Source: Balanoglossus misakiensis (taxonomy: Eukaryota; Animalia; Hemichordata). Taken from it: a stretch of 64,000 nucleotides of DNA. Location: positions 7,065,186-7,129,185 of the forward strand of contig CM082589.2 of the NCBI GenBank assembly GCA_040954595.2, given 5' to 3'. The translations under genes and the position numbers were made by a program. Under the pieces are notes generated by a model, which ran no database searches, had not been told where the DNA came from, and saw only the letters and a list, made by a program, of their open reading frames with translations. Shown piece by piece: positions 14,201-28,315 of the stretch (positions are counted from its first letter, which is position 1; each line of letters begins with the position of its first letter).

Positions 14201-14366
14201 CATGGTGTTCCAGGACAAGGTGGGCCTGGCCCTGCACAAGAAGTGCCACGAGTTCGTCGACTGCAAGGACTGCAAGACCATATTCCTGAACGAAGAGGAC
14301 TACCGTCTCCATGATTGCGCAGGCAACCTGATTCTCGAGCAGAAGGAAGATCTAGACCTTTTCTGA
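5251..14366 (+). CDS. THAP-BTB/POZ-C2H2 zinc-finger transcription factor, ~838 aa; exons 5251-5310, 8679-8943, 10974-11164, 11888-11936, 12415-14366
   Basis: All introns GT-AG with matching phases (0,1,0,1). THAP C2CH motif CCAPGC..FFRFP..W..LCERHF, with the AVP-like box LKK|DAAPQI spanning exons 2/3. BTB (FCDVHL..AHRVVLSACS). Seven C2H2 plus one C2HC finger; two TGE[KR]P linkers. Exon 1 is the least certain. Confidence 0.8.
6452..6543. repeat. Short dispersed repeat (ttaaccctttcacc...ggtgaaagggtcaa)
   Basis: Similar pieces near 148-245, 32145-32205 and 61856-61946. Confidence 0.6.
8967..9279. mobile_element. TTAA/CCC-ended MITE (piggyBac-like termini) in a THAP gene intron
   Basis: ttaaccctaatgctac...gcagcgttagggttag imperfect inverted termini. 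Confidence 0.55.
12194..12368. mobile_element. TA-CAGT-ended MITE (Tc1/mariner-pogo type)
   Basis: tacagtcaaacc...ggtttgactgca. Same terminal type at 34335-34513 and 60022-60110. Confidence 0.6.
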
Positions 14367-17300
14367 CACCACACTGATGTCAAAGTTCGACCCAGTTTTA
14401 AATGAGGTCAAAGTTCAAACTTATTTCCCAGAATGCATCTGTACCACAAACCACGCATCCTTTTGTCATTATCTTATTTTACTTTTCTCTGCTCAATTCG
14501 AAACAAAAACAATGGACAGTGTGCAGTCAGAGCGTGGCGTATTGTTGCTGTTGCATTGTGGGAACCAATGTTTGAATGATAACTGGAAAGCTGGTTTGAG
14601 TGATTGGAATTGACAACAGAAAATGCACTTTCTATCCAAAAGGAATGGATGAGAAACCAAACATTTACATAAATCTTAATAAGTTTTATTATATATTAAA
14701 TACAGTTAATATACATTGCAATTCATGGTGTTTTTTCTCAGCACGAAGCTTTTTTGATGAGTATAGATATTTATGTTACAAGTGTTAATTTGCATGTTGT
14801 GGACATTGTTGTGGTCATTTGAATTACGGTTGCTATGGCAACCCAATTAAGGTTTTTGCTGCAAGCTCTTTTTTGCCATACATCGATTGTGCAACTTTTG
14901 TCTGATATTTGGTGTGTGTCTCCTGTTTTGGGCAAACAAGTATTACGAACTCAGAAGTACTCCAAGCAGAATTTGCTGTTTGTGTGTTTTTTTTTTTCCA
15001 AATTTCCTCTGGTGAGGTAGAACACACACCATGAAGGTTGAGTTAACATGGAATGAACATTAGGAAGAGGTTTTGGGGGTAAATTAAAATACTTGTTTGT
15101 ACGTGTATTTGGAAAAGAAAATAGACCATTTAAAACATTTAAGTAAACATTTCAATATGCAGTATTGATAAGATATCAAGGCAGTTACCCCTGGTCTTTT
15201 ACCATCTAGCAATTTTCTCCCTACTGTGTAGGGTAAGCATTGGGGTGGTCAGGACTAAATATTCAGAAATCCAGGTGGGCTGTTGATAAACCAACTCTCC
15301 GACCTGAACTTTACATAAAGAATAGATTTTGAGACTTTTTTACTTCTGGCAACAGATAATGTACAAGCAACTCAAATAATGCTGCTCTCTATTCAATATT
15401 AATTTTTTGTTTAATTTATATTTAAATATTGCAATATTTAGTGAAAAGATGCTTAATAGCTTGACAGTACTGCATCAGAGTGTGTGAATAGTCCATTAAT
15501 TTAATTGCAATTGGACCTTTGGGGTGCGTGCTTAAGAATTTAATTCAGATATTTTGTTAGCTAAATTCATGGGATGAATTTGTACAACAATTTAATAAGA
15601 TTTTTTTTTACTTCTAAATGTGCTGCATTAATATTTTTCATTGATTTTGTATATTTGATACTCAGTACTTTTTAGATTTCTTATATTTCCCGGAGTTGTC
15701 GATAGATTTTACCGGACTTCAACCAGACAGCAGTTATGAGGAAATCACAACTGTGATGTGAAAAGGACAAGAAATCTGAATTTGGCATGTGTATGGTGGT
15801 TGCTGTCACATGGTACACACTTAGTGAAATGCTGCAAAATCATGGTGTTGTGTTCAGTACTGTGTTGGCCAATCACATGCTTTTGAATATTTTTCCCAGG
15901 ATGCAATAGTGTAGTCTGCTGGAATGTAATTGGTCAAACCTGTAATTCAAATACACCAAGCTACAAACAAAAACCATGTGTGTAAAATGGCCATAGACAT
16001 AAGTGTATTCTTGTGTATGCACACAGCCACATGTATTTCTATCGATGCTTGGTCTGGTATATTTCAGACCATCATCCTAACAAAACGAAACATCAAATCA
16101 AATTCTTGGGAGTCAAAGTCCAGTGGCTTCTTGAAAATGTTACTTAACAATGCATTGTACTGAAGAATAATATCATTTGCTTTAAGATATTTTTTTTTCA
16201 TTTCATGAAGCTCAAATTTTCTGTTATTTTAGGCGAAAGTCTAACTTTTGATATCGTAGCAAGGTTTTTCATAAATGAAATTGGTTGCAATAGACAGGAC
16301 CTGTAAAAAGTGTAACAAAAGGCAAATAATATCATTACGCCTTTCAGAAAGTAACCACTGAAAGAAAACACAAAATAGTTATGGAAATATTGACAAGAAG
16401 TTGAAGAACTTTCCGCTTTCCTTTGTCTTTTGAAAAGATCGAATGCCACTTTGTATAAGAAGTTTTCTAAGTTATTAACTTATTCTGACAAGGAAATTTC
16501 GATTGGCTTTTGTACCTGTTGTGAAAATATCTTTTATTTAATATTTTTTTGGAATTGTTTTAGCTCAGTGTTGAATGTGTGGCGCACATTAGGTGAAAGT
16601 GGAGATGTCATTTTGGATAATAGTGAATTCGGGTTGATGCTATCAGAATGGTGACAACTATGTTGTGTGCCCTCTAGCCTGGCCCATAGCTGTTCCTTTG
16701 TTTTTATGGAAATGTACTAGAATCTGGTATATGGGCATGTGTGCCACCCGTGGGACGATGCAATTAAAAAAATACCCCAGTTAGGTTTGGCTTTACAGCA
16801 TTTGGTTTTGAAATCTTGGGGTGTTATGGCGAATATGTTAAAATAAAATTCATTGGCCAAACAGTAGTAAGGGGTACACACATGGCTTCAAGGCATTGAT
16901 AAGGTCAATCGATACATTTCAACACATTCACAGAATAGAACCAAGGAACTATAATTGATACGTGGAACAAAAATATTTAAAATGCTTGGCCATACCCCTT
17001 TAGCTATTTGTAAAACGGTCATTTAAGTCCTTTTTGGCACTTCTCCATTTTCAATGAATTTTGCATCAAGTAGCTTTCAGTAATGTGTATCATAATATCA
17101 TAATGTAAGAAAGTTGACTTTTCTTACATAGATACTAATGTAAAATATTTATTTATTCAGTGATGTAATTTATGAACGGAAGAGCATTACAGATTATGAA
17201 ATTCTTACTCAAAATTGTAAATTGAAATGTCATATAAATCAGATTGAATATGAATCTGTTTCAATTTATTTGGTAGATTTAAATACAGTAATATATTGAA

Positions 17301-19191
17301 TAATATTGAATAAATGTGTTTCTTTTTTCTCTCTTTCTTGCTGTGGTTAACCATAAAGCTTAAACCTTTCATCCCAAGTTCCTGGGTCCTTCGAGGATGT
17401 AGAGAGCGCCCAAAAATGACATATTTTCAGTTTACTACAGCCCCCCCCCCCCACCCCGGGGGGATGGGGACTCCCCATGCCAAGATTCTCCTATTCTCCT
17501 ACCCTATATGTATATGGCGTTGCCGCTGTCTGTAACAGCCACTGTTATTGTTGAGAACTGGATTCAAATCCTGACTTTGATTCAATTTGGAACAACAATG
17601 CCGACTACACATATAGACAATGCAAATAGGCTGCACAATGTATTTAGCACTGTGTATTTCATATCAAGCCAGTGTGTGGAGTGACTGTGATCAAGCTTTT
17701 TGATTCCAACAAGACGTCACTACACTTATAGATAACAGATAAAATTCCAACAGTTACGGCTACATGTAGTAGACCTTGTAAATATCAACGACATGGCGTC
17801 ATTATGCTAATCTCCATCGGTATCTGAATGTCAAACTTGAGAAATGTCCTGATAGCACAAATCAAACAGAACCAATGATGATGGTCACGCCTATCAACAA
17901 AGTATTGACCCTCATGGTCCAATTTCCAGGTAGGCGTTATACGTGATAAGGATTAACATACGCATTAACTTGTTGCTACGATCAACGGCACAATTACAAA
18001 CGCATTAAGAAGATTTGTTTTATTAAAATGTTTTAATCACTTGGTAGGTACATAGGCCCGCCCGTTTTCGATGTAAGGTATTTAAAATCCTGTTTTAGCT
18101 GTTGTAACCCAGCAAAGCGAAAGAAACTATAAGCATTGAGATCAAAGCGTACTTCACTCTATTCATCTCGTCGTAAATTACAAGATTTTGTTTTCCTTAG
18201 CGGAATGTGCGGAATATCCTTGCATTTATGACGAGAAAACACCTGATATCTTAGGCGAAACGTAATAATGACGTTATGAAAAAAAATATCTTCTCAAAAA
18301 CAGTCATCGAAATCTTGTTTTGCTGCGCGACTCACTTTATTTGTTTATTCACGTGAGATATCAAGATTGTTGTTTGCTTTCATTATCATAAAACGATATA
18401 TTGGTGTGAGCTCCAGAAGTGACCGAAGTTTTGGTCAGATTGACCTTTGACCCACTTTAAATCGGACTCAGTGCTAAATATGTATGTTTAACGCACGGGA
18501 CTGTAGTGATATAAGAGTGCAAAGTTTGTGATGTCGTACTTAGTCGCTATCTCCAGAATAGCGGGCGGCCGATACCATTTTGGGTAATGTTTTGAGTCTG
18601 TTCAGCGATATGGCGTAGTTTTGTCCGAGAGAAAAATGCCTTTTTCTATTTATATCGCGTTTTACTGGGTGATAATAATGTATCATGATAACGATGCATT
18701 CCGTTCAATTATGCTGATGTGTTTTTTTTCGATTCCAAGAATTTTATAAATGACCCGCGCATCCCTTCATTCGAGTCGGTCGGTCTCCGTTCAGCAACAG
18801 GTATTCCCAAATAATACTGTACATACTGGTGGTTACAATAGACATTACGATTGTGAAGGTATGGATTCGTTGAGGCGGAACAAGACTGGATTACGGTCTT
18901 CGTATTCAACTTAATAATCCCTCCTCTACAGACACCAGTCGTCGGGGCCTAAATAACGAAGTGACGACCGCGGGTCCAGCACCAATCTCACCTTGTCTGC
19001 AATTGATTGCTGTGTTCTGGCAAAAGTAGATCGAGAATAGTAGTCGTTTGTATTGGAGCGGAAGATTGATGTGTCCGTCGTAATTATTAAGTGTGTTTTG
19101 ACGTTTGCGCGGCGGTGGAGACTTATTGTAAAATGTTCTTTTCACGGGTCGCCAACGCTAGAGGGTCTACCTACATGAGAGGGGACTAACC

Positions 19192-20892
19192 ATGCTGCAG
19201 ATACGGGTACCCGAAGTGACGACTCTAGACCACGACGCGGTGGGTGCGACACTCCCGGGGGCGATAGGCCCGTCATCATTGGAAGAGCGGTGCGCGACAG
19301 GCGTTACCGGACACGCCGTCTATTCAGGACCGATGATGATGATTGCAAACGGACTCGAACGCTCAGACGGCACATCGCCTGTCTCGCCCGGTGAAGACTG
19401 GCGGGGGAAAGCGGTCTTTGCCGCCGACTCTAGCGGCGAGAGAACGTGGAAGCAAAAAGAGGCAGAGATGGAAGCGAAGCTGAATTGGGTTAGAGATCAA
19501 ATCGTAAGCTTAAGCATCTTTTTTGTAACATATCTAGAACGGAGTTGTTGGGCTGAAACGCTCAGTCGACCTGTCTGGTGTTGCCCCTTACAACGATAAC
19601 CTCTTCTGATACACGGCTCTCGTATACACAGATGTCATGAACTCCTGTCCATATTTTACGTGCAGAACGACAACAGCCGCCGGGAACGCTTTCAAACGTC
19701 ATTTCAGTAAACGGGCAACTATTATAGTCCTTCGTGATCGTAGAGTGAATAGCCCATTTCCGTGTGTAATCGCCTGAAAAAATTGCCTTAGTTCGGCACA
19801 TCCGCAATGACAAAGTTAACTTCGATAATATAATGTGTAGGAGAAATCCCATTTGGCCTATTATCGCAAATTGTTTCGGAAGACACCCTAAATTCTAACG
19901 ATAACGAGATGAGAACGTGTTAGTTTATCATTGGTAGGTGAATCTTGGAGCTGGTCTTTCGAATGATTTCCTTATATGGATTGACAGCGGTCGTTTTTCT
20001 CCAGAGTCTATGGTCGTATGCACACCTCCCCCCCCCCACCCCAGAGTGCATGCCGTAATCCGCAGAAGATGCGCAAAACAAAAACCCTGAAACAATATCC
20101 AAACTAGATGGAATTTCAAAAAGGACAGTTCGGACGCAATATCTATTCGCCACGAGAAGAGTAGAACTGGGTCAGGTTACCACACACAAGAAAAATGTTG
20201 AAGTTGTTGCCAGAAGTTAAACTGCTTTTGCAAGGTTTGGTTTTTAAAGGGGGCGTGAGAACGTTTGTTGTGGCGAATGAGCGAGATGTCAAGAGCGTGT
20301 AAATAATTGGCATGATGCATTCGACGCGAAATTCCTGCTCAAAAAAACAGGTCGTAAATTCACACCCAACCAAGAATTCCTCGTAACGTTTAGGTAATCT
20401 TTCTTGTGTGGCCCGTGGAACGGTGTGATAATTTTGTAATGACGTCATACAGCTGCATGAGCATATGTACAGATCGGTGACTTGTCCATGCCTATGTCTA
20501 TTGTACACTTTCAGACTACACATTCATTAATTAACACCTTTTGTATAATCACGTTAATTAAACACGGTGAAACTAATTCACGCCTCCTATGAACCAAAGT
20601 CTAGAATCTATAGTCGGTCGTCGTCACGGGACACTCCCTCGGTCCCTCATGAACGAAAGTCCCGATACGACGTTCACATTCTCGACTAAACGAACCATAG
20701 CGACGATGCCGTTCTGCACAACCGAGCAACTATAAAAATGGTATTCGCCGTAATCTATAAGTACACAGCCAGCGGGCTACCACGAAGCTAGCCATGTGGA
20801 CAGTTCTGAGGTTATATGGCGCGATTTTTCTCAAAGTTGTAAATTTTATAATACATCTGTCATTAACAGGAATGGGGACTATTCCCACAGTT

Positions 20893-20932
<40 letters not shown>

Positions 20933-21671
20933 TGTATTCTGTTGCTTTCATTGCGGGCTACAAGAAGTCGCACGAAAACAAATATATACATGTATAATGG
21001 AATGGTGACCTCGATACCAAACACAGTTTTCTGAAAGGAAGGTTCATTTATTCGTAGGATTACGTAGGATCGTGAGTTATCCCGACATCAGTATATTAGT
21101 TACGATGATCGCCTATACATGCATTGTCTTACGTGTTAGACACTGAGTTCTTGTGTCTTTTTCACTGGGTAAAAACGCAGAATCCGTTTGTTATCTCATT
21201 TATAAGCCACCATATAACAATGGTACACCAAACGACTTTCTCATAACGTCACAATAACCTAGCAACCACGCGAAAGTATGCAAAGCGATCGCCCGCACAC
21301 AGCTGTATGAAGAGGTTATCGTCTGCTAGCTATTTTTTCTTCTTTCTTCGTTTCAGAAAGTCTTGAAAGAACAGGACCAGTCCCTGATGCGCCAGTTTCT
21401 CGACCTACGCGCCGTCATCAACCAAATCAAAATGGAAAGGTCCGGCTCGGTTTCGGATATGACGGTTTTCGACTCGGGTGTTGACGACCAGGAATCGGAC
21501 GATTTGCCGTTTGAGAATGCGCCTTGTCGCCGAGCGTGCAACTCAAGTCTGAAGGAGGACGATGATCTGCCGTCGTTCCGACCCCGTACTGTCTCCCTCA
21601 CCGAATCGACCAAAGCAAAAGTTCGTGACCTGCCGAGAATGGTCATGCAGACGAAAGAAGTGTTTTTCTGA
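19192..21671 (+). CDS. FAM167/LURAP1(FAM89)-like coiled-coil adaptor, 208 aa; exons 19192-19503, 21357-21671
   Basis: A phase-0 GT-AG join gives MEAKLNWVRDQI|KVLKEQDQSLMRQFLDLRAVINQIK, matching the FAM167/LURAP leucine-repeat motif. Basophilic RPRTVSL site near the C-terminus. Confidence 0.75.
20896..20929. repeat. (GA)n microsatellite
   Basis: Run of GA dinucleotides. Confidence 0.95.
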
Positions 21672-22958
21672 CGGCAAGTTTTGGAGGTCAGGTCTGTGAA
21701 AAAAACAATCGTAGACACCACCACCCTTTGGAGATTTGCTGTTATGAGACTTACCAAGTACCACAATTTGATGTTTTAACAAATAAGGCTTTTTCGTAAA
21801 CATGTAGAAGAGATAATCACATTGTAACAGACCATGGTAAAAGAATAGACACTGCCTCATAATATATCTCATATTCATGATTTTTTCCGCATTTGAATGT
21901 ACATTGTATGTCACTTTTGTTCACCCAGAATATTATATTAGACAGAATTATAAAAAAACAAAAGTCACGTATCCCATAAACTCTAGAGGGCGCATATTCT
22001 GGTTCAGATAACATGCTCTTCCGAGACAATGTTCCGAGACAATACTACCCGAACAGTTTCCTCCTCCATATGGTTTACTTGCATCGATAGACAGTGACAG
22101 GTTTGGTGTCGTTCACGAGCAGATGTCTGTATTGCATTTTTGAATGCTATATAAACAGACAGACAGATTTTAAACAGAAACTGAATATATGTGTTGAGAT
22201 GTTTTTATTCAAAAATAGAGTCAATGATGCAAGTACATGTATAGTCACATTATTTATCCTCCTGTACTTGTAGGCTTTAACTGTTGTTAGAATCACTTTA
22301 TTTCAACTATTGTGTACACTTTTCCTTCAATAGATTATATAATCACAAGATCATGACCAAGTCACTACTTTCATTATCAACTGACAGACAAAAATGTTGC
22401 AGTTGCCTGTTAGATTTATTAAATAAATGGTGAAATAAAAAAAATACAGAAATAAGCATAAATTGTATTAGTTGACAAGTTGAAGCCATATTTAACAGAT
22501 GTGTGAAAGATAAATATTCTCTTCCGTCAATAAATGTATATGTACTTATATTACAATTGCAGGTTTTTTTTTAAATCTCATCACAAAATGTTTGGACCCA
22601 CAGCTGCCTCAGGATGACGGACTTTTGCATTGGTGCATGCGTATTTCAGCCACTTTCTCTTTGTCCATACATGATTATATCGTACAATGTGAAAACTACC
22701 TGCAGCTGCATAATAACACATTGATTTCAATAGATATTTGAGAGAAGAAAAAAATTGATGAAAACAAAATCAGAATGGATCCTTGTGGGGCTCTTCCCCC
22801 AATCACATAACAGGTTTTGTTAATCATTTGATGAACGGTCAAAGGTCAAATGTATCCTGTCCCGTGATTGGCCATACCATATTTGCATATGCGTATAGAG
22901 GTCACACTTTTGTGGCCTGATTGGCTAAGACGTGTCTCATCATATACATATGAACGTT

Positions 22959-25900
22959 CTACACCTCCATCATTTCCGGAGTGTAACGCTGGCTCCGCAT
23001 CTGCATCCGGATGACGCACTTCCGGATGGTGTCGGCGGCCATGCCGTCCATCTTCCGCTTGTTCTTGCTGTAGACGTTGAGGAAAATCCCGATCATAACA
23101 ATCAGGCCTGACCACGCGTATCTGTTGGGAAGAAAAAAACACAGAATGAAACATTAAAATATTTGTATGTGGCATCAGGAAAGACTCCAACATAGGTTAT
23201 GGCAGTAGGTGTATATTGACGGAATTTATTTTTACTTACTGTGATGTAAATGGTTTCGTGAAGAACAAGAACGAGAGCACCATGGTTACCGCTTTCCGAC
23301 ATGTTGTAACTGTGAAAGAAAACAGTATAGAGAAATGTCATTGACCTTTGACATGATCTAAACACATGGGGGGGGGGGGGGGGGTTGCACAGTGTATATG
23401 TATATTCTGCATGCAATCTTGTAGCAGGGACTTCTAACTTTGTATACAGCATTGGTCAAACTGACGTGAATATAAAAAAAGTAGGAATCTGAAACTATCC
23501 TGACCTGTAACAGCGATGAGGGCACCACAACACCGGACGAGAGCCAGGACAAACGAGATACCAAGGTAACCGGTGATGGAGAAGATCAGTGCATAGCCGT
23601 ACATCTTTGCTGGTTTCTATGGAGACAATAGGACCAAGTTTGCAGTGAATCGTGGGACAGCACACACATCAAATTGTCAATTTTCTTCACAAGTTAAACT
23701 CAAGCAACTGTACGTTTTTTTTATGAGTAAAATAGTACATGTAAAGATAATAATATTACCTCAGCAAAGAATCTGTACGATTTAATCAAGCTGCCATGTA
23801 CAATTAAACCGCAAAGAATGTAAATGAATCCTATTGAGTAGGAGTACAAAACCTGGAAATAAGAAAACAAAAATATATTTTAGCTCTGTTGTATTAATAT
23901 AATATGTCCATATGTTAAAAGATTGTTTGTTTTGGGTCCAACTCTAAGTTACTGGCAAACACGATGGCTTCTTTGCCTTTAGCTGATGAACAGATGCATC
24001 AAGCATAACATGCAAATTTCTAATGATCCAATTGGATAAAAGTACTCACAACTTCAGTGTTTGTAGCATGGTGTTGTTTCATTGTCTTTTCCTGCACATT
24101 GCCAATGATGGCGTCCGCACACAGAGCCAGTGATATCAATATTACACCTGAAAGACCACCACAGAAAATTATATACATACACAGCCATGTACAGTGCTTG
24201 ACAATTCTGTTTGATAATTTGTTTCTCCTATTAAAGCGCGTAGCTCGTCTCACGCGCATGCATGTAACTTCCCAGCAAATTTTCCGTTCGATGCATTCAA
24301 ATAGTGGACTGCCTTCGCTTCCTTCCATATTTCATGCGCACCGTATAAGTAGATTCTGGTTCAGTCCCTCCTTTTCACCCAAGCTAGTGTTCTTTCCCGA
24401 TCTCCGACACAGATTATGGTCGCCGCCATCTTGTGTGAGCACTGCCTTATGGGATTGACTGTTCACTAAACGTCTGTAACCAGCGGCTACAGTTGGAACA
24501 TGCGTGTGAGACGAGCTACGCGCTTTAAAGTGAAAAAATAAACATCTCCACCCTCAGGGAAAATATTTTAAAATCCAAACAGTATTTTCGGTATATTTTA
24601 CCTGTTTGGTCAAAATTCGGTGAGATTTCCACGTCGGCAAGAGTGAATAGTATTAGCCCTACACTCATACAGAGAGCTGCAACAACATCAATTACACCAT
24701 AACGTTTGCCTGAAAAGTGGACAGAAACAAGACATTCTTACATTACTGACATATTTATTTGCCTGTATGGAGATAGGCTCATCTGTAAGGGGTCAAAGGT
24801 CAGGCTCAATTTGCATATAGGCAAATCTCTGGGCACAGGCCACTGACGAATAATGCCATGTTGGTTTTCATAAATTTAAAAAGCGTTCATGTTCAAGTGG
24901 TCCTTTTGTGAAACTCAACAAAAGAGGGCAAAAACACCTGTGTTATGTTGGTACATGTCGCCATATTTTGTTCATAATTTTTTTTCTATGTATAGAATGC
25001 AATTCAGTTCAAATTGTCCTGTCAAAGCAGGTTTATTGAGCTTTCATGCATGTACCTGTTTGTATCTCTAACAAAGAAAATGTACACTGAATGCACTGCC
25101 TGTTCATCACAAAAAATTCTATACGACCACAAAACATTTTCAAAACCACTATTCCCCTCTACGACCATTATGTCAACTTTCAGCCAATGAGATTGCTCCA
25201 ACTCACCTTGTATGAGAATGCCACCAATCATCACTGGTATAAGCTTACAGCATTTGAATACCACCTGGGTAGGGTAGTTGAGGTATCCCACCGAAGTGTT
25301 GGACAGTCCCATGGTGGATACGGTCAGAAAAGCCAGGAACATGTACGTCTTCAAGGGAATTCTAAGATGACGAAAAATGGTGTGAATCTCATCAACAGTC
25401 TTCATTGGGTGAATGAAATCAATGTATATATCAAACCCTCAAAAAATCTTTTCATTATGCAGCGTTGTAATTTACACAATCACATCAAAAGAGCAGTCCA
25501 GCTTGTTGTGAACTCCATCGCACACAAGTGTCACCTCTACAGATAAACCCTGACCTGTGACCTTTGACCCTCCACCCCTGGTATACCTGTCCTATCTGAT
25601 CCAAGATAGCCGATTGTTTGGAAACAACCTAATCAATCTGCTTTAAAGACTAATTTAAACATTGTCAAGTGCCTCGGACATGGCAACAATCTATTAAAAT
25701 ACTTAATAGCTTCATACGGTAGTACCCATATTGATTTTTTTCACTATATATTATAAATTCTATAGATTTATACCGCATTATACCATAAAACAACAATAGA
25801 TTATATTGAGCACCACTACAGCTGACTAAGTCCCCCATAAGAGTCCTATCAAATATGAATGTGTGTTCAAATATGATATTTGCCCTCAGTAAACATTATT

Positions 25901-27587
25901 CACCTCAATTGTTAATTTAGAACCTGAGACAGACATGACATGTGAGATGCTGTTTTCTGATCACATCTGGTGCATAGAAATGAATGGACTAAATGCAGAG
26001 TTTTTTTACTACCGGAGAGTATCACAACTTAGTCAGGAATGATGAAGTAAAGTGCTTTCCATTTGTAACATAATCCATCAATGTGCACTTGCATCGAAGA
26101 TGACATCATTTGGAATGATTTGGGAGAACGTAACATATTCAGGATGAGGTGAAAATATTATAGGATAGACTAAATCAACCAATCAGCAGTCAGCTAACAG
26201 CTGTGTGTATCAGGAGGTGTGATTCCAACAATTCTCATGTTTTTATTGCAAATATTAGCTTACTATACAATGTCAACAATTCGAGCCACATGTGGACTTT
26301 CACAGAATTTTTACAGTTGCCGTGCCACTAACATGAGTCTCTCTACTACAAAACATCTCCTATGCAAATTTATTCATGGTTGCCATGGTAAATTGAGATG
26401 TAGCCAATGACAGATTTTCTCAGGGCAACCTCTAGCATTTTAAATCTAATGACAATACTGAACAGCACAGCTATTTCAGAAAATGGCCATTTTGCAGGAC
26501 AAAACATGCGAATGATCATTCGATACAGGTTTCATTTTACTCACTTTCGTTGCTTGTCAGCGTGGGTCTGCGTTTCCATGGCGCCAAACACGGAGTACAA
26601 GGCAAACTGCACCAGTGTCAAATACCAGCCATGGGGTTTCATACCTCCAACCCTGAATATTAATTCCTGCAAGGAACAAGGAACACAAATAAAACTGTAA
26701 CCTTACTTTCACAATCGTGAATGGAGGTGGATACACAAAATTGATCTGACAATGAAAAGTCGTATTTTCAGTCGTTTTCCTGAACATACCGGGTACAATG
26801 GCATGTGATGGGATGCAGACATCTCAAATGGTGACAAGATGGAATGAAGCAACACAAAACTCAGTTGTTGACACGTTGGCTATTTTCGGTATCTCCTGCA
26901 GCAAGAGCTGTGTTGGCGGGTAGCATGTCACATCACACGGACCCTGCAGGGTTTACACTGATCGACTCAGTTATGTAGAACACAGATACCCTGTCTCGGA
27001 TGTCAAAAACTGCACTTTTTCACGAACAGTATAAAATGACTATACTAGCACGGGTACCGTGATACTAGTAAGTTATCAATGAGACTGTTTGTAGATTACT
27101 AGCTGGCTGGGGCAAATTAAGGTGGAAAAGGCAAAACAGGTTGATTTTATATGCTCAGGTGTTTTTTGTTATATCTGATTCTTGTTTAAACAACTGACAG
27201 CTGTATAAAAAACAAACCACAGATATAGAATACATTATCATTTATCAGTACCTGCATATATCCATAGATGAGATAGAAGAAAAATATCCCTACGACGCAG
27301 AAGGTAAATTGTGCAAATTTTGACCAGCGGTGGATCTGTATTCCGAAAACTGAAATTTCTTCTTTGACTTTCTGTCCTTCCATGTCCTTTGCTTCGTTGC
27401 TGATGGTGATGAAATGGTGGCGGACATCACTCTGAATTTGGTTGATTTCAGACTGGATTATGTCCGTCTCTTTCTCTGCTGATGAGTAATTTGATTGGGC
27501 CGGACCAGAGAAGTCGCCATGGTTACCCACATGGTTTGCTGTTCCGTTGCCTATCAGCAGTTGCTGTGGCGACCAACTTTTTGACAT
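22959..27587 (-). CDS. SLC35B3: PAPS transporter 2, 418 aa; exons 27587-27252, 26666-26545, 25361-25207, 24709-24602, 24147-24050, 23852-23760, 23616-23505, 23309-23240, 23121-22959
   Basis: Motifs FFFYLIYGYMQELIF, GWYLTLVQF, YLNYPTQVVFKCCKLIPVMIGG, ALCADAIIGNVQEK, VTTCRKAVTMVLSF, GIFLNVYSKN. All junctions GT-AG and in phase. Confidence 0.95.
24231..24528. mobile_element. TTAA-flanked MITE (AGCGCGTAGCTCGTCTCAC TIR)
   Basis: TTAA-agcgcgtagctcgtctcac...gtgagacgagctacgcgct-TTAA. Partial copies at ~61487-61604 (inverted) and ~52700-52880. Confidence 0.85.
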
Positions 27588-27899
27588 GATTGCAGTTCAG
27601 AATTTTTTTTACAAACAACAACAACAACACGATAAGTCAAGAGCGTTTCACGGGGGGGGGGGGGGTGGGGGGGGGTGGGGGGTCTGAAGAACAGAGCAGT
27701 TCACATACACCAAAACTATCAAAACGGGAAGTTGCTCAACTTAGGACTGGTCACTGGGCACACCCTTTGCATAGAATGTTTTTGTACACACAGCATGCAC
27801 AGATAGCGGAACAAACGACGCGATGTCAAAACGTTACCAGCACAGTTGTAGTACTAGTGTTGATAGACCGAGTCAAACTGTGGTGTGGTCTCTTGGTAC

Positions 27900-28315
27900 C
27901 TCCATGAAAATAATGAACACCTGGTTTGAACAGCTGAGTGCAGACTAGCGATTTAAAGTGTAACTTTCACTGAAAGTAACACGCGTACACTCAATCCATT
28001 GCATTTGTTGGCTTCCGTTGGTTCTCTGCTATGATCGGGTACCGCTGATAGACTGCACTTCACTGAAAGACTCCCGTTGTTGTCAGGTCCTCAGAAAATA
28101 TGGTACATATGTTCGACTACGTCCCAAAATACCAGCGTGCCACGTCTCCCACGAGTGACTTGTATCGGTTTGGTTTACCGGCCGGCGAGCGGCGCGATGC
28201 CGGTAGTGATTAGCGTCACCAATCATGTAGGCATGAATGGATGACGTCACAGAAGGCAATCCCGGTCTCTGACGTCACCGATTTGTGTACACTTTATGTT
28301 TATTTGCATTTCAAA
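27900..28315. promoter_or_regulatory. Putative bidirectional promoter of SLC35B3 and THOC1
   Basis: Start codons are divergent and ~730 bp apart. Two perfect CRE palindromes TGACGTCA (28242, 28270), CCAAT (28219), ATTTGCAT (28302), and a YY1-like AAAATGGC over the THOC1 ATG. Confidence 0.6.

Noticed and set aside
13257-14312. 351-aa antisense ORF
   Set aside because: Mirror of the GC3-rich zinc-finger exon; no motifs of its own.
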